From positions 1 to 33,755 of the forward strand of contig MCFE01000814.1 of NCBI GenBank assembly GCA_002104905.1: a stretch of 33,755 nucleotides of DNA, in the 5' to 3' direction. The DNA comes from Basidiobolus meristosporus CBS 931.73. Lineage: Eukaryota > Fungi > Basidiobolomycota. Shown here piece after piece: positions 32,354 to 33,755 of this stretch (position 1 is its first letter; each line of letters opens with the position of its first letter). The position numbers were made by a program, and so were the translations under genes. The notes under the pieces were generated by a model. That model saw nothing but the letters and a program-made list of their open reading frames with translations. It searched no databases and was not told the DNA's origin.

Positions 32354-33755
32354 ATGGGAAAGAAGCAATTTATCGATCGGAAAAACGCTCGCCACTTCGA
32401 GGTGGTCCATCGTTCCCAGCGTGATCCCCTGGCTGGTGATGGTGACTCCTCCAGCAGAGTGTTAAGAGAAGTGGTGCCCTTGAACGTAGCAAAGGTTAGA
32501 TACGGAAACCGGACCGTATGCTACAGAGGCCATACTGATCAGGTTGAATTTAGAAAGAGAACAAGGAGGAGAGACGTCTTGAAGCGCAAGAGGGGAACAA
32601 GGAAGATCTCGAAGAGTAAATACCAACAAATAACGCTCAACGCTCCAGGGCGAAGTCATATTGGCCAAACCTCTAAACCCACTTTCCTCTGTCTAGACGC
32701 ATCGGACAGGCTGCCTTGTACGGAATCTACTATGATGATTCCAAGTACGACTACACCCAGCATTTACGTCCCATCGGCGAGAACCCTGATGCTGTTTTCG
32801 TAGCCGCACCCAAAAAGCAGGAGAAGACCAGACATACGGGGATTCAGTTCGTCGACGATGACGTGGTAAGTCCCTGGATTTCCTCTTTGCTTCCGACCTC
32901 GCCGGCTCACACTTCTCAGGCTTCCGTCTCCTCTAGAAGAGAGAGAAAGGTTACCTTCGACCTCCCACAGGACGCCTTGCCCTCCGAGTATGAGCTCTCC
33001 ACCGGTGTGATGAATCAGTCCGCCCTACCCGAAGATCTTCAAGGGTTACAACCCGACATGGACCCCGAATTGAGAGCAGTACTGGAGGCTTTGGACGACG
33101 AGGATGGCATCGATGATGGAGATTTGGATGAGGACTTTATCCAATCCTTGGACGCGGAAGGGGGTGAGGAGTATGGCGATGATTACGCCTGATTATGATG
33201 ATGAGGAGTATGAGGAGGATACCACCGGATGGGCCAATATCAGAAGGTAACCTTTACATGTACCACTTGACCTAACCGGCCCCAACTCACCGCTCACCCT
33301 GCCCGTAGATACATGGGAGCCAAGTATGATTCGGATGACGAGTACGAAGAGGACACCCGAACCAACTTCACCATGTCCTCCTCCGTGATGTTCCGTAACG
33401 ACAAGCTCACTTTGTTGGACGAGCAGTTCGACAAGGTCGAGAAGGAGTACGAGGAGAGCGAGACCGAGTCGGAGTCGGATTCGGAAAGACCGGAGCGAGA
33501 GGACCTGGACGATATCCTGGACGAGTTCTTGGACAAGTACGAGCTGGTGGGTAAGAAGATGGTCCCCAAGCTGGAGGGGATTCGGAGGAGAAGTTGGAGG
33601 CCATGAGAAAGGCATTCCTGGAGGTCAGTCTGGAGGAAAAAAAGCAACAGATGAACGCTCCCCCCAAATATGAGAAGGACTCCACCCCCATGCTCATGCC
33701 GGTGGCGTCGAGGGCCGAGAGGGAGAGGGAGATGTGGGATTGCGAGTCTATCCTG
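32354..33755 (+). CDS. LTV1: LTV1 40S ribosome biogenesis factor, spliced, incomplete at window end, two frame breaks
   Basis: MGKKQFIDRKNARHFEVVHRSQRDPL, GIYYDDSKYDYTQHL, MDPELRAVLEALDD, TNFTMSSSVMFRN, WDCESIL. Confidence 0.92.

Overview
Eukaryotic, fungal-type DNA with short GT-AG introns; an early-diverging fungal lineage is my inference, not established. There are three domains. (1) 166-7254: a cluster of 7 different intronless tRNA genes plus U2 snRNA, copied as an almost perfect fold-back palindrome (arms ~194-3695 and ~3758-7254, 62-bp spacer). Both junctions of the duplication cut tRNA genes (Pro-AGG, Gly-GCC) at the edge of the anticodon arm. (2) 7255-16036: an intronless orphan ORF, then an almost CpG-free nest of Ty1/copia sequence (a decayed full-length element, a solo LTR with TSD, several LTR fragments, a second pol relic), ending in a third copy of the U2 locus. 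(3) 16368-33755: compact spliced genes for Pumilio/PUF, a small secreted-peptide candidate, Cdc24 GEF, an unknown protein, proteasome alpha-6, a chitin-synthase-family gene with altered EDR/QRRRW motifs, aspartyl aminopeptidase and LTV1. Five single-base frame breaks in four conserved genes suggest uncorrected indel errors, which is a caveat for fine-scale claims. All comparisons were made by eye.
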